Assembly (NCBI GenBank): GCA_964016885.1
Contig: OZ024748.1
Coordinates: 2,914,001 to 2,978,000, forward strand
DNA: 64,000 nt
Direction of reading: 5' to 3'
Origin: Eledone cirrhosa
Lineage: Eukaryota
The notes under the pieces were generated by a model. It did not search any database. It was given only the letters and a program-made list of their open reading frames with translations, and was not told the origin of the DNA. Shown piece by piece: positions 61,444 through 64,000 of the stretch; position 1 is the stretch's first letter, and the number at the start of each line of letters is the position of its first letter. Both the position numbers and the translations under genes were made by a program.

Positions 61444-62178
61444 GTATTGGGCAGTGTATTGGGTCGTGTATTGGGCAGTGTATTGGATCGTGTATTGGGC
61501 AGTGTATTGGGTCGTGTATTGGGCAGTGTATTGGGTCGTGTATTGGGCAGTGTATTGGGTCGTGTATTGGGTAGTGTATTGGGTCGTGTATTGGGTCGTG
61601 TATTGGGCAGTGTATTGGGTCGTGTATTGGGCAGTGTATTGGATCGTGTATTGGGCAGTGTATTGGGTCGTGTATTGGGCAGTGTATTGGATCGTGTATT
61701 GGGCAGTGTATTGGGTCGTGTATTGGGCAGTGTATTGGGTCGTGTATTGGGCAGTGTATTGGGTCGTGTATTGGGTAGTGTATTGGGTCGTGTATTGGGT
61801 CGTGTATTGGGCAGTGTATTGGGTCGTGTATTGGGCAGTGTATTGGATCGTGTATTGGGCAGTGTATTGGGTCGTGTATTGGGCAGTGTATTGGGTCGTG
61901 TATTGGGTAGTGTATTGGGTCGTGTATTGGGTCGTGTATTGGGCAGTGTATTGGGTCGTGTATTGCGTAGTGTATTGGGCAGTGTATTGGGTCGTGTATT
62001 GCGTAGTGTATTGGGTCGTGTATTGGGCAGTGTATTGGGTCGTGTATTGGGTAATGTATTGGGTCGTGTATTGCGTAGTGTATTGGGTCGTGTATTGGGC
62101 AGTGTATTGGGCAGTATATTGGGTCGTGTATTGGGTCGTGTATTGGGTCGTGTATTGGGTAGTGTATTGGGTAATGTA
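61444..62178. repeat. 12-bp minisatellite with 24-bp alternation (gtattgggcagt / gtattgggtcgt)
   Basis: Read directly; explains the RVLGSVLG ORFs. Confidence 0.97.
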
Positions 62179-62313
62179 TTCGACATTGTATTCCGGATTC
62201 TACTAGAGATAGTTTGGTTAATTTATTTATTTTTAATGCTAGTTCTGAATTTAATGATTTCTAAATGTTGTTATCTTTGCTAAGTTTATGGAGTGATTAT
62301 TACTGGTTTTATA

Positions 62314-62505
62314 GGTGGATTGGCAGTATCGGTAGAGGGTCGGACGCTATGGTTTGCAGCAAAGGGTTACGGCCCTTTGTGGTCTGAGTTCAAATCCTGC
62401 CGAGGTTAACTTTTTTTTTTCACCCTTACGGCGTCGATAAAATAAGGTACCAGTAATACACTTGGATAATTGCTGGCCTTGTGCCAAAAGTAGAAACAAT
62501 TATTA
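62314..62505 (+). mobile_element. Main-family SINE, full length
   Basis: A box, B box, central domain, tail. Confidence 0.85.
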
Positions 62506-63029
62506 CTGGTTTTCGAATAATTTCTCATTCATTTAATTTTATGTAGTCTTCAGGTACAGTGGCTTTGTTAAATCAGCTTTGTATGGGGGATACATTGACT
62601 TCGGTGGGATTTGAACTCAAAACGCAGAGAATCAGAACAAATATCACAAAGCATTCTATCTGAAATTTTCACGGCTCAGCCAATTCGTTGTCTTTTGTTG
62701 ATCGCAATACTTCAGATCAAATATATATTTTAAACTGTATTCTCACAATAAATCTGAGTTAATGAATTCAAATGTTTGTTTCAATATATATATCATAGTT
62801 CAAATCTGTAACATACACACACACACACACATAATATTTATAAGCGTTGCACCTGTCCTTCTTACGAAACGAAGGGGTTTTTCTTCTTGTCACCGTAGTG
62901 GACAGAAGCCCTATGATTCTAAGAAGAAGAAAAAATTAATTTATGAGAAAATGGCATCATATATATATATATATAATTGCTCTACAATTGTATGTATGTA
63001 ATCTGCATTGGTATGTTACCCTCTCTCTG

Positions 63030-63122
<93 letters not shown>

Positions 63123-63126
<4 letters not shown>

Positions 63127-63216
63127 ACCGTCTTCCTGCTATATCAAGCGTTAACTTAATATATTCCTTCCATATACTGTACCGGTTGTGTTGTTATTTT
63201 TCTTTACCTTTTACAT
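63123..63216 (+). mobile_element. Family I 3' fragment
   Basis: tatcaagcgttaac.taatatat..cttccat.tactgtaccg.ttgtgttgttattt matches 8883-8957; related to 54060-54140. Confidence 0.65.
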
Positions 63217-64000
63217 ACATATATATATATATATATATTTATATATGTGTGTGTGTGTGTATGGGTATATATATATATATACATATATGTGTGTGTATAG
63301 GTATATATATATATGTATATGTACATATATGTGTGTGTATAGGTATATATGTATATGTACATATATGTGTTTATAGGCGTATATATATATATGTATATAT
63401 ACATATATGTGTGTGTATATATAAGTATATATATGTATATATACATATATATGTATGTGTATATATAGGTATATATATGTATATATACATATATAAGTGT
63501 GTGTATATATATACGTACGTACATATGTGTATGTTTGCAGGTCTACGTGTGGCCCTGTCACCTTGTCAGTCAGTCACCCAGTCAGTCAGTCAGTTATTAT
63601 ATTCGACCCCAGTATCTGCCATATTCTAAACAACCCTATAATCCCAACATTAATATTCATATATTAGAAGTATTCACACTCCACAAATCCAGTTACAGAG
63701 GGAAAGAAAGAGAGAGACCCAGAAAGAAGATGGCGCAGGTGTCGAAGTATTTAAATGGCGGATGCTATACACGAAATTCGATTTTGTTTGACATAATGGC
63801 TATTGCTAAAACATGTCGTTCAGTTGACTTGTTAACGACTGTTTGACGATTGAATAGGATTTCGAAGACGTATAAAGGAAACAATCTTGTATAAAGATAG
63901 TTTCTTTTTTTCTTAGGGTTTGCATTTTTTCTATGTCAAGTATTAATATTTAGGGAGTATGCCTCCCACCCCCATCTCCATCATCACCTCACTGATCTAT

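Noticed and set aside
61231-62283. 350-aa ORF with RVLGSVLG repeats
   Set aside because: Open in several frames and on both strands because of a 12-bp minisatellite
63730-63846. ATGGCG start (aagatggcg) of a gene
   Set aside because: Short frame, weak donor, no homology; may be only a YY1-like motif

Overview
Eukaryotic, AT-rich, essentially non-coding 64 kb. More than half is (TA)n/(CA)n/(GA)n/(GGT)n/(GTT)n microsatellite or minisatellite, and nearly all ORF-track entries are translations of these repeats. The SINE types and microsatellite load resemble, from memory, a cephalopod (octopus-like) genome; this is inference, not a database result. No intact protein-coding gene is supported, and there is one weak first-exon candidate at about 3.3 kb. 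Recognisable elements: an internally deleted mariner transposon, a hAT MITE with 8-bp TSD carrying a minisatellite, RTE-type LINE fragments and many tRNA-derived SINEs. The main signal is about 20 type-I hammerhead-ribozyme (HHR)-like motifs. They lie in at least 8 distinct families of short (about 150-750 bp), ORF-less elements embedded in (TA)n. These elements often form tail-out inverted (fold-back) structures, share a GAGTAC/GAGTGC motif near the 3' end, and show stem covariation and non-canonical catalytic cores (U3-A8, U3-G8, A4). This fits a diversified set of non-autonomous Penelope-like elements/retrozymes that target TA microsatellites. All folds were paired by eye and no cleavage activity has been shown.
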